A DNA stretch of 41,598 nucleotides from Christensenella sp. UBA941. Its GTDB lineage: Bacteria > Bacillota > Clostridia > Christensenellales > UBA941. This document shows, piece after piece, positions 1 to 7,967 of this stretch. Under the pieces are notes generated by a model, which worked only from the letters and a program-made list of their open reading frames with translations, ran no database searches and was not told the DNA's origin. The DNA is taken from contig DBDD01000334.1 of NCBI GenBank assembly GCA_002293365.1, positions 1 to 41,598 on the forward strand, given 5' to 3'. The translations under genes and the position numbers were made by a program. How positions within the stretch are numbered: position 1 is the first letter of the stretch; each line of letters opens with the position of its first letter.

Positions 1-406
1 AACGACGGTATAGCGACGGCTCCGTGATCGCCACTTCGTCCGGCGCGAACTGCACCGCGGCTTCGATCTTTGCGCGGTAGGCTTGCGCCTGTACGGGCTG
101 CGTCATGGCCGCGCCGCCCGTTAGGATGGAGTTCGCGTCCGCCAGGGCATCGCGTTCGGTTTGGAGCGCCCGCACGTACTCGGACAGATATGCCTCGCTT
201 ATACTCTCAAGCAGGAACCAGTAGTAATACTTGCCGCTCTCATCTTTTGCTCTAAACAGCCCGTCCGTGTGATAGGTGATTTCCATCACGCCGGTTTGTT
301 GCTTGATCACGCGTGGATCATCCCATATGTACGGCGTATCACACGTCACGATCAGCATATCGCGCCAGATACCGTTTACTTCGATTTTTGTATTGCTGTA
401 TTGCAC
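1..406 (-). CDS. hypothetical phage protein, partial (runs off left edge)
   Basis: Not in ORF track because no stop lies in the window. GTG at 406 follows TAGGAGG just after the stop of 418..1623. 135 codons stay open to position 2 (MQYSNTKIEVNGIWRDML...). Confidence 0.5.
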   Translation of the reverse strand, partial: MQYSNTKIEVNGIWRDMLIVTCDTPYIWDDPRVIKQQTGVMEITYHTDGLFRAKDESGKYYYWFLLESISEAYLSEYVRALQTERDALADANSILTGGAAMTQPVQAQAYRAKIEAAVQFAPDEVAITEPSLYRR

Positions 407-417
407 GGCGCGCCCTC

Positions 418-1623
418 CTAAAAAATCAAGTTGTACGAGCCATCCGTGTTAGGCTGATTACTGACAAGCGTGGCGTTGGGTATGTTGCCAAACATCCTTA
501 AGCCCATGGGAGCCCCATACCATGCGCTGTAGTAAGCCAGTGCGCCTAGGTTGTCGACGATTCGCGCATGCATTGTATATCCATACCGTCCAGTACGAAG
601 CCAATAACGACAGGCAGTAGACACACCAATTTCTTCTTTCGATTCCGAGGCAGAAACGGCCTTATCCGTAGGATAGGCGATCCTTGAGATATTGTCGCTA
701 AAAAAAGCTATGAGTGAGCCTTCCGGAACGTTATTTTCGTTTCCTAGTCCGATTTCGGTAGTAGACGCAGGAAACAGCTTACATACTACGGTTTCTGTAC
801 CGCCGCCATCTATATCGGCACGCGCCGTTACGACAGAAGTATCTAGTAGTATGTCCGTGAAGTCTGTGCCGAGCATTTTAAGGAACCCAGGCCAAGTGTC
901 GCTATCATTAATACCGTTAAAAACGTTAGCGTTCGATGGTGGCTCGTCCGCCGAATGCTGCTTGCTATACCATCTTCCGGGCTCGGCGGTACTGTTTGAC
1001 CACTGGTACAAATTCGAAACCGAAAACCTGTTGTTGCCGAATCCTCTCCGATTGGTGTCGCTGTTTGATGGCTCTTTCACATCAAAAGATACAAAAAGTA
1101 AGCAATCTTTGTTGACAATTGTTGTGCTATTTTCGGGGTATCCTGGATGGTTTGCATCTGCTTTTATCCACAATATATTATCTCCAAGGCGGGATTGGTA
1201 CGAATCTGGAATCCGTGCGCGTATCAGAGTTCCCACAGGCAGATCGCCTACAACTAGCTGGTTTCTCGGCGTCGCGCTCGCCCCCGGCCCAGCATCCAAA
1301 TTCACAACGCCCTTCGTCGTATACGTAAACGCCTGATAAAACAACCCAACGTCGTTTTCGACGTCGATATGCATAAACGGCGATTGCGCGTCCGGCTCGA
1401 CAAGATAGCCGTCGCCGGGGCGCTCGGGGACGTGATCTTCGTTGCACCACAAATCCACGCGTCCAAACTCGGCAACGAGGATTTGATTGCCTATGTATTC
1501 GTCGCCCGGATTAGTCCAGGATAGCTCCACTTGGGCATTGCCCGCGACGGCGTAGAAGTTGGTTACGGGGCCCACGGGGAAGTTTGCGCCGGAGGAGCCG
1601 CCAGCGCCTAGTCTGCTAATCAT
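418..1623 (-). CDS. tail fibre / receptor-binding-like protein (N-terminal FN3-like segment; C-terminal YWLR-type domain)
   Basis: 401-aa ORF. ATGA overlap with the upstream fibre gene. VTNFYAVAGNAQVELSWTNP resembles an FN3 strand pattern. Lies in the tail-fibre block. Confidence 0.6.
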   Translation of the reverse strand: MISRLGAGGSSGANFPVGPVTNFYAVAGNAQVELSWTNPGDEYIGNQILVAEFGRVDLWCNEDHVPERPGDGYLVEPDAQSPFMHIDVENDVGLFYQAFTYTTKGVVNLDAGPGASATPRNQLVVGDLPVGTLIRARIPDSYQSRLGDNILWIKADANHPGYPENSTTIVNKDCLLFVSFDVKEPSNSDTNRRGFGNNRFSVSNLYQWSNSTAEPGRWYSKQHSADEPPSNANVFNGINDSDTWPGFLKMLGTDFTDILLDTSVVTARADIDGGGTETVVCKLFPASTTEIGLGNENNVPEGSLIAFFSDNISRIAYPTDKAVSASESKEEIGVSTACRYWLRTGRYGYTMHARIVDNLGALAYYSAWYGAPMGLRMFGNIPNATLVSNQPNTDGSYNLIF

Positions 1624-2771
1624 GCCGCACCTCCGAATATGTAAATTTCAATCGGTATCGCAATGCTCGGAATCTCGCCGTCCGCGACGATGGTTATACT
1701 GCCGTCGCCAACCGCCACAAGTTCAAACATGGCGTTTCGCCGCGCTTCGCGTACGGCGCTGTCGCTGGTTTCGGGGTAGCCTACTTCGCCGGGTATGCCG
1801 GGCGCAACGCCGGTTAAGTCTGTTATCGTGACCGTGTTGCCGTCCCATGCGGAGCCAGCGGCGGGGATTATGGCGGGGAGGGTGAGTGTTACGGCGCTTT
1901 GGCCGGGAGCGCCGTCTTGGCCGTCATTACCCTTATCCCCCTTCTCCCCCGTCGCCCCAGTCGGCCCTTGCGTTCCTTGCGGCCCCTGTTCGCCCTGCGG
2001 CCCCGGTACGCCGCTCCAGCTTTCATTTATCGTCCAATCTGTGCCGCCCGCGCCGTGAATGTACAAATCTCTAAGCGATTCCACGCTTGGATCGTCTACA
2101 ATAAACTGGTCGCCCTCTACCGTGTCCGTAAACGGCGGGAGCGTTCGATATGGCCCGCTAACACCCGGCATGTTGTAGATGCCGTCCATGATTCTGCCCG
2201 ATACGCCGTCCTGACCTTTCGGCCCGGTTGGCCCGACCGGCCCTTCGATGCCCTGCGGCCCGACCGGCCCTACGCCGCCCTGTATGCCTGTTTCGCCGGT
2301 GTCGCCTTTATCCCCGGTATCACCCTTATCCCCTTTGTCGCCTTTATCCCCTTTGTATTTGTACCACTGGTATGCGGTATAATCGGTCGGAGCCGTCGCC
2401 GCAAGTCCAGTGTAGATGCCGATATAAGCGTCCGGCGTGTTCTTCATGTGGCTGTCGTCTGTCGGCATTTGCGTTGCCCACTTGACAAAGACATTCCCGT
2501 GCGCCACTTTGCCTGTATCCTTATAGTCAATAATGGCAACGTCCCATTCCCACCACGTTTGAGTGCTGGCGTTGAAGTACGGAGGGTGCCCACCGCCCAT
2601 TTCGGCGGCTTCACTTATGGCCCGCGCATAATTATCTTTGGTCGGCGTTGTAAGCTCGGTAGGGTTGCCAAACAGCGCGTCGATCTTATCCGCGTTCTGG
2701 TTGAAATCGTCAACGCGGACGTAATCGCCCCCCTCCGGCTTATTTAGACCGTTGTTCGTCGTGTGGTTCAC
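1620..2771 (-). CDS. collagen-like repeat tail fibre protein
   Basis: 383-aa ORF with GTG start after GGGGAGGG. Two uninterrupted Gly-X-Y runs (GDKGDKGDKGDTGDKGDTGETG..., GVPGPQGEQGPQGTQGPTGATGEKGDKGNDGQDGAPG). Confidence 0.75.
   Translation of the reverse strand: MNHTTNNGLNKPEGGDYVRVDDFNQNADKIDALFGNPTELTTPTKDNYARAISEAAEMGGGHPPYFNASTQTWWEWDVAIIDYKDTGKVAHGNVFVKWATQMPTDDSHMKNTPDAYIGIYTGLAATAPTDYTAYQWYKYKGDKGDKGDKGDTGDKGDTGETGIQGGVGPVGPQGIEGPVGPTGPKGQDGVSGRIMDGIYNMPGVSGPYRTLPPFTDTVEGDQFIVDDPSVESLRDLYIHGAGGTDWTINESWSGVPGPQGEQGPQGTQGPTGATGEKGDKGNDGQDGAPGQSAVTLTLPAIIPAAGSAWDGNTVTITDLTGVAPGIPGEVGYPETSDSAVREARRNAMFELVAVGDGSITIVADGEIPSIAIPIEIYIFGGAA
1902..2012 (-). repeat. Gly-X-Y collagen-like triplet repeat (coding), segment 2
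   Basis: aa 254-290 of the 383-aa protein have G at every third residue. Confidence 0.8.
2205..2351 (-). repeat. Gly-X-Y collagen-like triplet repeat (coding), segment 1
   Basis: aa 141-189 of the 383-aa protein, including GDK/GDT 9-nt tandem units. Confidence 0.8.
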
Positions 2772-2916
2772 TTTCGCCCTCCCCGCTTAACACTTTGTCA
2801 ATCTCTTGGCTTATCCCAAGCACTCTACTACAGTCCTCCGCGCCGCGCACTGAAATCTGGTTTACCGTTGTGCGTAGCGAAAGGAGCCAGCCAGCCTCTA
2901 CTTTAACCAACTTCAT
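2740..2916 (-). CDS. small hypothetical protein (58 aa)
   Basis: Below the ORF-track cutoff. ATG at 2916 overlaps the stop of 2913..5576 (ATGA). Hand translation MKLVKVEAGWLLSLRTTVNQISVRGAEDCSRVLGISQEIDKVLSGEGESEPHDEQRSK. Confidence 0.35.
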   Translation of the reverse strand: MKLVKVEAGWLLSLRTTVNQISVRGAEDCSRVLGISQEIDKVLSGEGESEPHDEQRSK

Positions 2917-5576
2917 GCGGCCACCTTCTTCATTTCCGACAGCTCCGATTCAAGCCGTTTGATTCTATGAAAAAGAATCGGAATCATCATCGGCATGTCG
3001 ATTGTTTCCAACACAATTTCGCCCGTCTTAGTTGTTCGCGTAACGCCAAGCCACGGGCAACCCGTGACGGCTTTTTCCGCAATAAAACCGATATTTATTC
3101 GCTTGGAATCGTCAAAAATATAGTTGAATATCACAGGCTCGAAAGCTTCCCAATCATAATGAAAATCTTCAAGCAGTTTGATATTCTCTTTATATCGCTT
3201 AGAGGACGGCGTAGAATACAGCACTTGGCCCGAACTCTGATTCCATGCGAGATACATGTTGCCGCCACCGCTTTGCGGTATACTCGACGGGTGCAGATAG
3301 ACGTAATCGTTGCGCACGCTCAAGGCTGCAATGTTGCTGCCCAGTTCAATTCGCGGCGAGTCTAAGCCTAAAGAAGAGTACGCCTGTAGGTTCGCCGCCC
3401 CCGAAACGGAATAGAGTTTGGCGTAACCCCCAAAATCTAACTCGCCCGACGATTTTACCGTCAGTGATGGAGATGTAAGGCTGTTATTCGAGAGCGTAAA
3501 CCCGGCAATCGCGCCCTCGTTCGCCGTTACCTTGCCACTAAACGACCCACCGGCGGCAGATAAGGTTCCGCTAAATGTGCCGTCGGCCCCGTTCAAGTGC
3601 TTAACTTGTAGCGTGTCTACATCAATTCGCTCAGAATTGAGTTTTCCTGTGCTTATATTAGCGGCGTTGATATTCGTAATCGTCGCCTTGCTTGCGTCGA
3701 TTGTCCCTGTCGAGATATTCCCGCCGTTGATCGTCGTCTGCCCCGGCGTTGAAAGGTTCGTAAAACTGACAAGCCCTTTCATCTCGATCTTCTCGCTTGC
3801 AATCGCCGCTCCGTTCGCTCTAAGCTCGATGGTGCTTGACGTAGAATCGTTCGCGACGGAAAGCGTAATGCTTTTCGCATACGCCGCGACCTCCGCGACA
3901 TTGCCCTCGATATCGCTAATCTGCGATTTGAAGCCATCAACGGTGACTTCGAGTATGTGCATCGCCCGTTTCTGCGCAAAAACACGCCGATTCTGCGCGT
4001 TCACCGCTGGCCGCAACGGTTCGCCCGTGTTCTGAATTTCGGCGCGCGCACTCTTGCCGTTCCATGTGATGGATTGCGAGTAGATAGGCAGTTGGTATAT
4101 CTGCCCGTCAAGGTCAAACGAAACAATATCCCCGGCCTGTAGCGCCCAATTCGTCCGTACCCGCGTACTGATTGGCGAGAAGTCCGGGAACGCGGTTAAG
4201 CGGTTGTAAATCGGAACCGCCGCGACGCGAATGTCGTAATCGTCCGAGCCGTAAAGGAACGGGTTGTCCAGCGTCACATATGCGTTCTTGCCCGTATCGC
4301 CAACAATAACGCCGATATCGTTCTGCGCGCTCTTGACTTGCAGTTTATCGATGCGCGAAACACTGTACTCCGCGATATCCGCGCTGAACCAGTGGCCGTC
4401 ATTGAACACCACAGGCTGTTGCGTAAACCATGCCAGTTCAACCCCGCCGTCCCGCGTCATTCGCGCAATCGAACACGCGGCTTCCGCAATCCGGCCTAAT
4501 ATCTCGCGGGCACTGACTTGATCTAGCTCTGTCGGCTTTTCGGCATACATGCGCGTCGAGTTGATAAAACTGATCGTCGCTTGCGGTACGCCGACGAACT
4601 GGCATAGCTTCGTGAAGATGCTGCCTAAACTGATCGGCCAAGTCAGGCTGTTCCAAAAGTCCGTCGCGTCTGTGTCGAATTTACGCATGTGGTCATGGCC
4701 GACGATTGAGATTAATTGCACTTTGCGTTTCTTGGGCGTATCGACATTGAACACGCCAAGCTTGACGTACTCATATTTCTCATACGAACCATCGGCCCAA
4801 AACTCATGCAGCACGTCGGCGTTCCAGCTCATGCCGCGACGATCTGCGGCCCATCGTGCGGCTTTGCGGCGCATGAAGGGGTTAAGGTCGGGAAGGTCGA
4901 TGAAGCTGTTCCATGTGAACACCCTCATTTCGTCCCACTTTTTCGGTTCTAGCGTTTTCCACGATTCAAGCGCGGTCGCCGGTACAAGAACGCCCTGTAT
5001 ATCATCCCATTTACTTGTGGCTGTTTCGTCCCACGTCTGGCCCGTCAGCATCGACCATATGCGCCCGTCAACCCATGTCGCTTTCCAAGCTTCGCCATCG
5101 GGTGCAAAGCAGTATACACCATTGCCGACGGTCAGAATAGAGTGAACAGCCCACGGCGGCTGCGCGGTCGGCGCGTACCCGTTGATGGTCAGGTATGGCC
5201 GCGACGACCAGCCCTCGAAGCGCAATTCTTGATTAGCGCCGAATCTCATTACCGTCATGCAGTTGGCGATGGAGTATGCGATACCGCCCGATTCTGTCAT
5301 GGCGGCGAGTTGGGCTGTGCATGGGCCGAAGTCGAAAGAGTCTAGGAGGCGGTGGTCGTTGTTGATAGTGGCGGTTAATACGGAGGAAGGAGTAATGCCT
5401 ATCGTTAATTCCCTTTCCTCGCGGGGAATCAAATCCTCGACAAGCTTTACAACGTCGCCAGACTCTAAGTTGATATCTTCGTTGGTCAACAAGGTATCCC
5501 CGAACCTCAACAGTACACGAGTTTTCGGTGATTCGGATTGTGCGGCCTCATGAAATTTTACACTGGCCGGATACAT
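2913..5576 (-). CDS. tail-associated (Tal/tail-tip-like) protein with C-terminal S74-type intramolecular chaperone domain
   Basis: 887-aa ORF with RBS GGAGG. C-terminus SSKRYKENIKLL...GFIAEK matches the endosialidase/tail-fibre autoproteolytic chaperone signature (S-x-R-x-K-x-N-I). Sits after a Dit-like gene. Confidence 0.75.
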   Translation of the reverse strand: MYPASVKFHEAAQSESPKTRVLLRFGDTLLTNEDINLESGDVVKLVEDLIPREERELTIGITPSSVLTATINNDHRLLDSFDFGPCTAQLAAMTESGGIAYSIANCMTVMRFGANQELRFEGWSSRPYLTINGYAPTAQPPWAVHSILTVGNGVYCFAPDGEAWKATWVDGRIWSMLTGQTWDETATSKWDDIQGVLVPATALESWKTLEPKKWDEMRVFTWNSFIDLPDLNPFMRRKAARWAADRRGMSWNADVLHEFWADGSYEKYEYVKLGVFNVDTPKKRKVQLISIVGHDHMRKFDTDATDFWNSLTWPISLGSIFTKLCQFVGVPQATISFINSTRMYAEKPTELDQVSAREILGRIAEAACSIARMTRDGGVELAWFTQQPVVFNDGHWFSADIAEYSVSRIDKLQVKSAQNDIGVIVGDTGKNAYVTLDNPFLYGSDDYDIRVAAVPIYNRLTAFPDFSPISTRVRTNWALQAGDIVSFDLDGQIYQLPIYSQSITWNGKSARAEIQNTGEPLRPAVNAQNRRVFAQKRAMHILEVTVDGFKSQISDIEGNVAEVAAYAKSITLSVANDSTSSTIELRANGAAIASEKIEMKGLVSFTNLSTPGQTTINGGNISTGTIDASKATITNINAANISTGKLNSERIDVDTLQVKHLNGADGTFSGTLSAAGGSFSGKVTANEGAIAGFTLSNNSLTSPSLTVKSSGELDFGGYAKLYSVSGAANLQAYSSLGLDSPRIELGSNIAALSVRNDYVYLHPSSIPQSGGGNMYLAWNQSSGQVLYSTPSSKRYKENIKLLEDFHYDWEAFEPVIFNYIFDDSKRINIGFIAEKAVTGCPWLGVTRTTKTGEIVLETIDMPMMIPILFHRIKRLESELSEMKKVAA

Positions 5577-5585
5577 TGTTGCCTC

Positions 5586-5975
5586 CTAATACTCAATTAC
5601 GGGGAAGGATAGATCGGCGTACCATCCTTCCGGCAGTTCGCCCTCTGGCAGCCAAACACAATTCCAAGTGCGGTTATTGGAGTACGCCGTAATCGTCCTA
5701 ACCGCCGCCGTGCCGGGGTCGAAAAAAGTAAACGCGAATTTTTCGCGCTTAATAAGCTGCATGATGAATGACAGCATTTTTATATCTATAACTCTATATC
5801 CGATTTCGAGGGGGAGTTTTTCGGCGACCTTATCACGATGCAACAATCCGTCTGCCGTTCGTTCAGCGGAAACGTCCAAATCAGAATCAACGCCGCTGAA
5901 CTCTTTGGGGTCGGGGATAGCAGTTCCGTCCACGGCGAACTTCATGGAATATCTATATAGCCTCTTCTCGGCCAC
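5586..5975 (-). CDS. small tail protein, possibly distal-tail (Dit)-like
   Basis: 129-aa ORF immediately upstream of the Tal-like gene. GTG start has no clear SD, so the start is uncertain. Function inferred from position only. Confidence 0.45.
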   Translation of the reverse strand: MAEKRLYRYSMKFAVDGTAIPDPKEFSGVDSDLDVSAERTADGLLHRDKVAEKLPLEIGYRVIDIKMLSFIMQLIKREKFAFTFFDPGTAAVRTITAYSNNRTWNCVWLPEGELPEGWYADLSFPVIEY

Positions 5976-6057
5976 ATGAGGATTTGGCGCTCGACGGCGC
6001 TCTCGACCTTTCCTGCGTTTTTGTTTTCTTTCCTGTTCTTATTTCATCCTTAACTGC

Positions 6058-6086
6058 ATTATACATCAACATATTGTGGTTGTAAA
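6058..6086 (-). promoter_or_regulatory. sigmaA-type promoter for the tail-tip/fibre block
   Basis: Minus strand reads TTTACA-17 nt-TATAAT. The spacer begins with ACCACAATATGT, the recurrent motif. Confidence 0.55.
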
Positions 6087-6102
6087 CTATCTGTACTACT
6101 AT
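6074..6102 (+). promoter_or_regulatory. candidate plus-strand promoter, back-to-back with the fibre promoter
   Basis: TTGTGG-17 nt-TACTAT. The -35 is the complement of the recurrent motif. Confidence 0.35.
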
Positions 6103-6197
6103 ATATTGATTTGCGATCGGATTAGCGGCAAAAACACAAGGCAGGGCGTTCTAGGCGATAAATTTGGGTCGAAATCTATATATTGCGTTTTCATAGC

Positions 6198-6226
6198 TTG
6201 ACATATACCTTATCTTGTGTTTTAAT
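6198..6226 (+). promoter_or_regulatory. candidate plus-strand promoter
   Basis: TTGACA-17 nt-TTTAAT, with TGT just upstream of the -10. Confidence 0.4.
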
Positions 6227-6238
6227 GAATATAGACAT

Positions 6239-6318
6239 TCCGGCAGAGTGTCACACAAAAATCTTGACCTCGCGGTGAAAACCGCTGTCAAATACAAGCT
6301 TCTAACGGTTCTGCCGGA
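6239..6318 (+). ncRNA. structured RNA element (candidate ncRNA core)
   Basis: A 9-bp closing helix TCCGGCAGA/TCTGCCGGA (6239-6247 with 6310-6318) encloses a stem TTGAC/GTCAA plus GCGGT-GAAA-ACCGC (GNRA tetraloop, 6264-6291). No credible ORF. Confidence 0.35.
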
Positions 6319-6430
6319 CGTTAGGAGCTTTTTTCGCACCTTGACAAACGAACAACCGTAGCAAGGCCGTCTTGAAGGACAAACGACGATAAAACAACCG
6401 CGCGTCCGTGTACGCGAAGCGACGGTTAAA

Positions 6431-6466
6431 TCGGGGCTGCTGCCCTGACGGGCGCTTTTCTTTTTT
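6431..6466 (+). terminator. terminator-like hairpin plus U-rich tract
   Basis: TCGGGGC-TGCT-GCCCTGA, or the alternative GCCC-TGAC-GGGC, followed by GCTTTTCTTTTTT. The stems are short. Confidence 0.4.
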
Positions 6467-6578
6467 ACTGGTTTTTTCTTTTCCTTTTCGTTTTCTTCTT
6501 ACGGTTGTTCATTTGGTTTTCCTGTTTCTTTAGGGCCGATATTGGGGCGGCACACAAGAAATATAACGGAGGTCGAAT

Positions 6579-6851
6579 TTGAATCATCACTTTAGTCACG
6601 AGAAGATTATTATTTGCAAGGATACGGAAGAAGTCTGCGCGGGCTATACGGAATACCTTGAACCCATCCATTGGGCGCAAATTCGTAGTAAGGTATTATC
6701 CACTGAATCATGCTGTACCGAATGCGGCTCAAAGAAGGTCTTGCAGCTTCACCACCTGACATACAAGCGCGTCGGGTGCGAGAATCCGGCAAAAAGCGCA
6801 AAGGCAGAAATAAACAGTATTACGCCAAGAGACACATGCAAGGTACAGTAA
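6579..6851 (+). CDS. HNH/zinc-finger-like protein with atypical C-terminus
   Basis: TTG start 6 nt after ACGGAGG. Contains CCTECGSKKVLQLHHLTYKRVG (CxxC...HH). The usual downstream LCxxCH part is missing. Confidence 0.5.
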   Translation: MNHHFSHEKIIICKDTEEVCAGYTEYLEPIHWAQIRSKVLSTESCCTECGSKKVLQLHHLTYKRVGCENPAKSAKAEINSITPRDTCKVQ

Positions 6852-7054
6852 GAGCCTTGCGCCAAAAGGGTATTCAAGTCGCGGTTGCCAAAGGCGCGTC
6901 GAGGGTATTGCTCTGTTATACAAAAGACGGAAAACAGATACAGTATTATGATATGACAGGCGCAATCTATTTCGAGAATTGCAGCAGGAAGTACGGAAAG
7001 TACGGGAGTTTGAAGGGCGTGGACGAACTGATAAAACTATGCCTCGCGTCATAA
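6836..7054 (+). CDS. hypothetical protein (start uncertain; maximal ORF is 6710..7054)
   Basis: The frame overlaps the 3' end of 6579..6851. First plausible ATG is at 6836. MQGTVRALRQKGIQVAVAKGASRVLLCYTKDGKQIQYYDMTGAIYF... looks protein-like. Confidence 0.35.
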   Translation: MQGTVRALRQKGIQVAVAKGASRVLLCYTKDGKQIQYYDMTGAIYFENCSRKYGKYGSLKGVDELIKLCLAS

Positions 7055-7100
7055 CTGCTCAAATCAAAAGGTTCACCACCCGGTTCATGACGCTGGCGCG

Positions 7101-7131
7101 AAATAAAGAAAAGCCCGCTGTTTAGGCGGGC
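7101..7131 (-). terminator. intrinsic terminator after the ImmA-like gene (also between convergent genes)
   Basis: Minus strand reads GCCCGC-CTAAACA-GCGGGC followed by TTTTCTTTATTT. Confidence 0.6.
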
Positions 7132-7149
7132 CGGGGATACAGTTAATAA

Positions 7150-7677
7150 CTATAACAATTCGCTTTCGTCGTAGACCATTCTAAGGTCAACAATCGCTTT
7201 GTCAATTGATTCCTCGTCGAAATGCCGCGACTCATAAAAGTCTTTATCTCCATATTGTCCAGCGCGACGAGCCGTTACCAGTCTTGCAAAGTACGTCGCT
7301 TGGGTCTCCATCTTTCTGTCCTTAATGACTGCGGTGTTGCAAAAAGGCACCATCGGGTTTACGTGATTTAGGGCTATATGCCCTAATTCGTGTCCGATAG
7401 CCAGCAGCTTATCTAGCCTCGAACCTCTTTCGGAATAATGGATATCGGCGGTGTAGTTCTTGCAAATAAAAGCAGCGCCAACATCATATCTCGACCTCGG
7501 ACATTCGTGCTTGAAGATTTTGAATCTAATCGTTTTGCCCTTAGTGCTGTGGGCGTCCGATACCATCTTCTCGACTGCGCGCGTTTCGTGATCCAGATAT
7601 CCGTTCGCGTCAATTTCTCGAAAAAGCTCTTTGCATAGCTTGTCGATATCCGGCTTCTTAAGCTCGTCATAGTTCAA
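7150..7677 (-). CDS. ImmA/IrrE-family zinc metallopeptidase (COG2856-like)
   Basis: HELGHIALNH is an HExxH motif in the typical context. Likely TTG start at 7677 after GGAGGG, overlapping the upstream stop (TTGA). The track ORF extends to 7692. Confidence 0.75.
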   Translation of the reverse strand: MNYDELKKPDIDKLCKELFREIDANGYLDHETRAVEKMVSDAHSTKGKTIRFKIFKHECPRSRYDVGAAFICKNYTADIHYSERGSRLDKLLAIGHELGHIALNHVNPMVPFCNTAVIKDRKMETQATYFARLVTARRAGQYGDKDFYESRHFDEESIDKAIVDLRMVYDESELL

Positions 7678-7967
7678 GCCTCGGCCCTCCAATGGTCAAG
7701 AAGATAACTCTCTTTTGCGAAGCCGTACATGGTATCGAAATCATCGTCTGTTATTCCGGTGAACTGCGCGCTAATTACGCCCATGCGGTTTATTAGGTAT
7801 GTATACTTCTCTTGTGTGGTTTTGTAGCCGTGACCAGCTAAGATTACGTCAATCTGGTCGTAATCCCTGCACTCCTCTAGGTCAGTGTAGATTACAGCGT
7901 CCATCTCCATCTCTCCTTTGTAAAAAGTAATTGAATAATCGCGGGACTCTATATCGCCCATCGTCAT
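7674..7967 (-). CDS. acidic 97-aa hypothetical protein, translationally coupled to the ImmA-like peptidase
   Basis: ATG after GGAGG. No HTH recognisable. Rich in D/E. Confidence 0.6.
   Translation of the reverse strand: MTMGDIESRDYSITFYKGEMEMDAVIYTDLEECRDYDQIDVILAGHGYKTTQEKYTYLINRMGVISAQFTGITDDDFDTMYGFAKESYLLDHWRAEA

Noticed and set aside
692-2747. Plus-strand ORFs inside the fibre genes (692..1336, 1899..2747 and others)
   Set aside because: They lie antisense to well-supported fibre genes. The translations are dominated by the complement of Gly-X-Y and other repeats.
6198-6355. Three TTGAC boxes read as three independent promoters
   Set aside because: Only the first has an acceptable -10 at 17 nt. 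The second is one arm of an RNA hairpin (TTGAC/GTCAA), and the third has no -10. They are noted only as possible protein-binding sites.
6151-6680. Minus-strand ORFs 6151..6339 (62 aa) and 6465..6680 (71 aa)
   Set aside because: Neither has an RBS. The first overlaps promoter and hairpin elements. The second is largely the translation of a purine-rich tract (KKKTKRKRKNQ) and overlaps the better-supported plus-strand gene at 6579.
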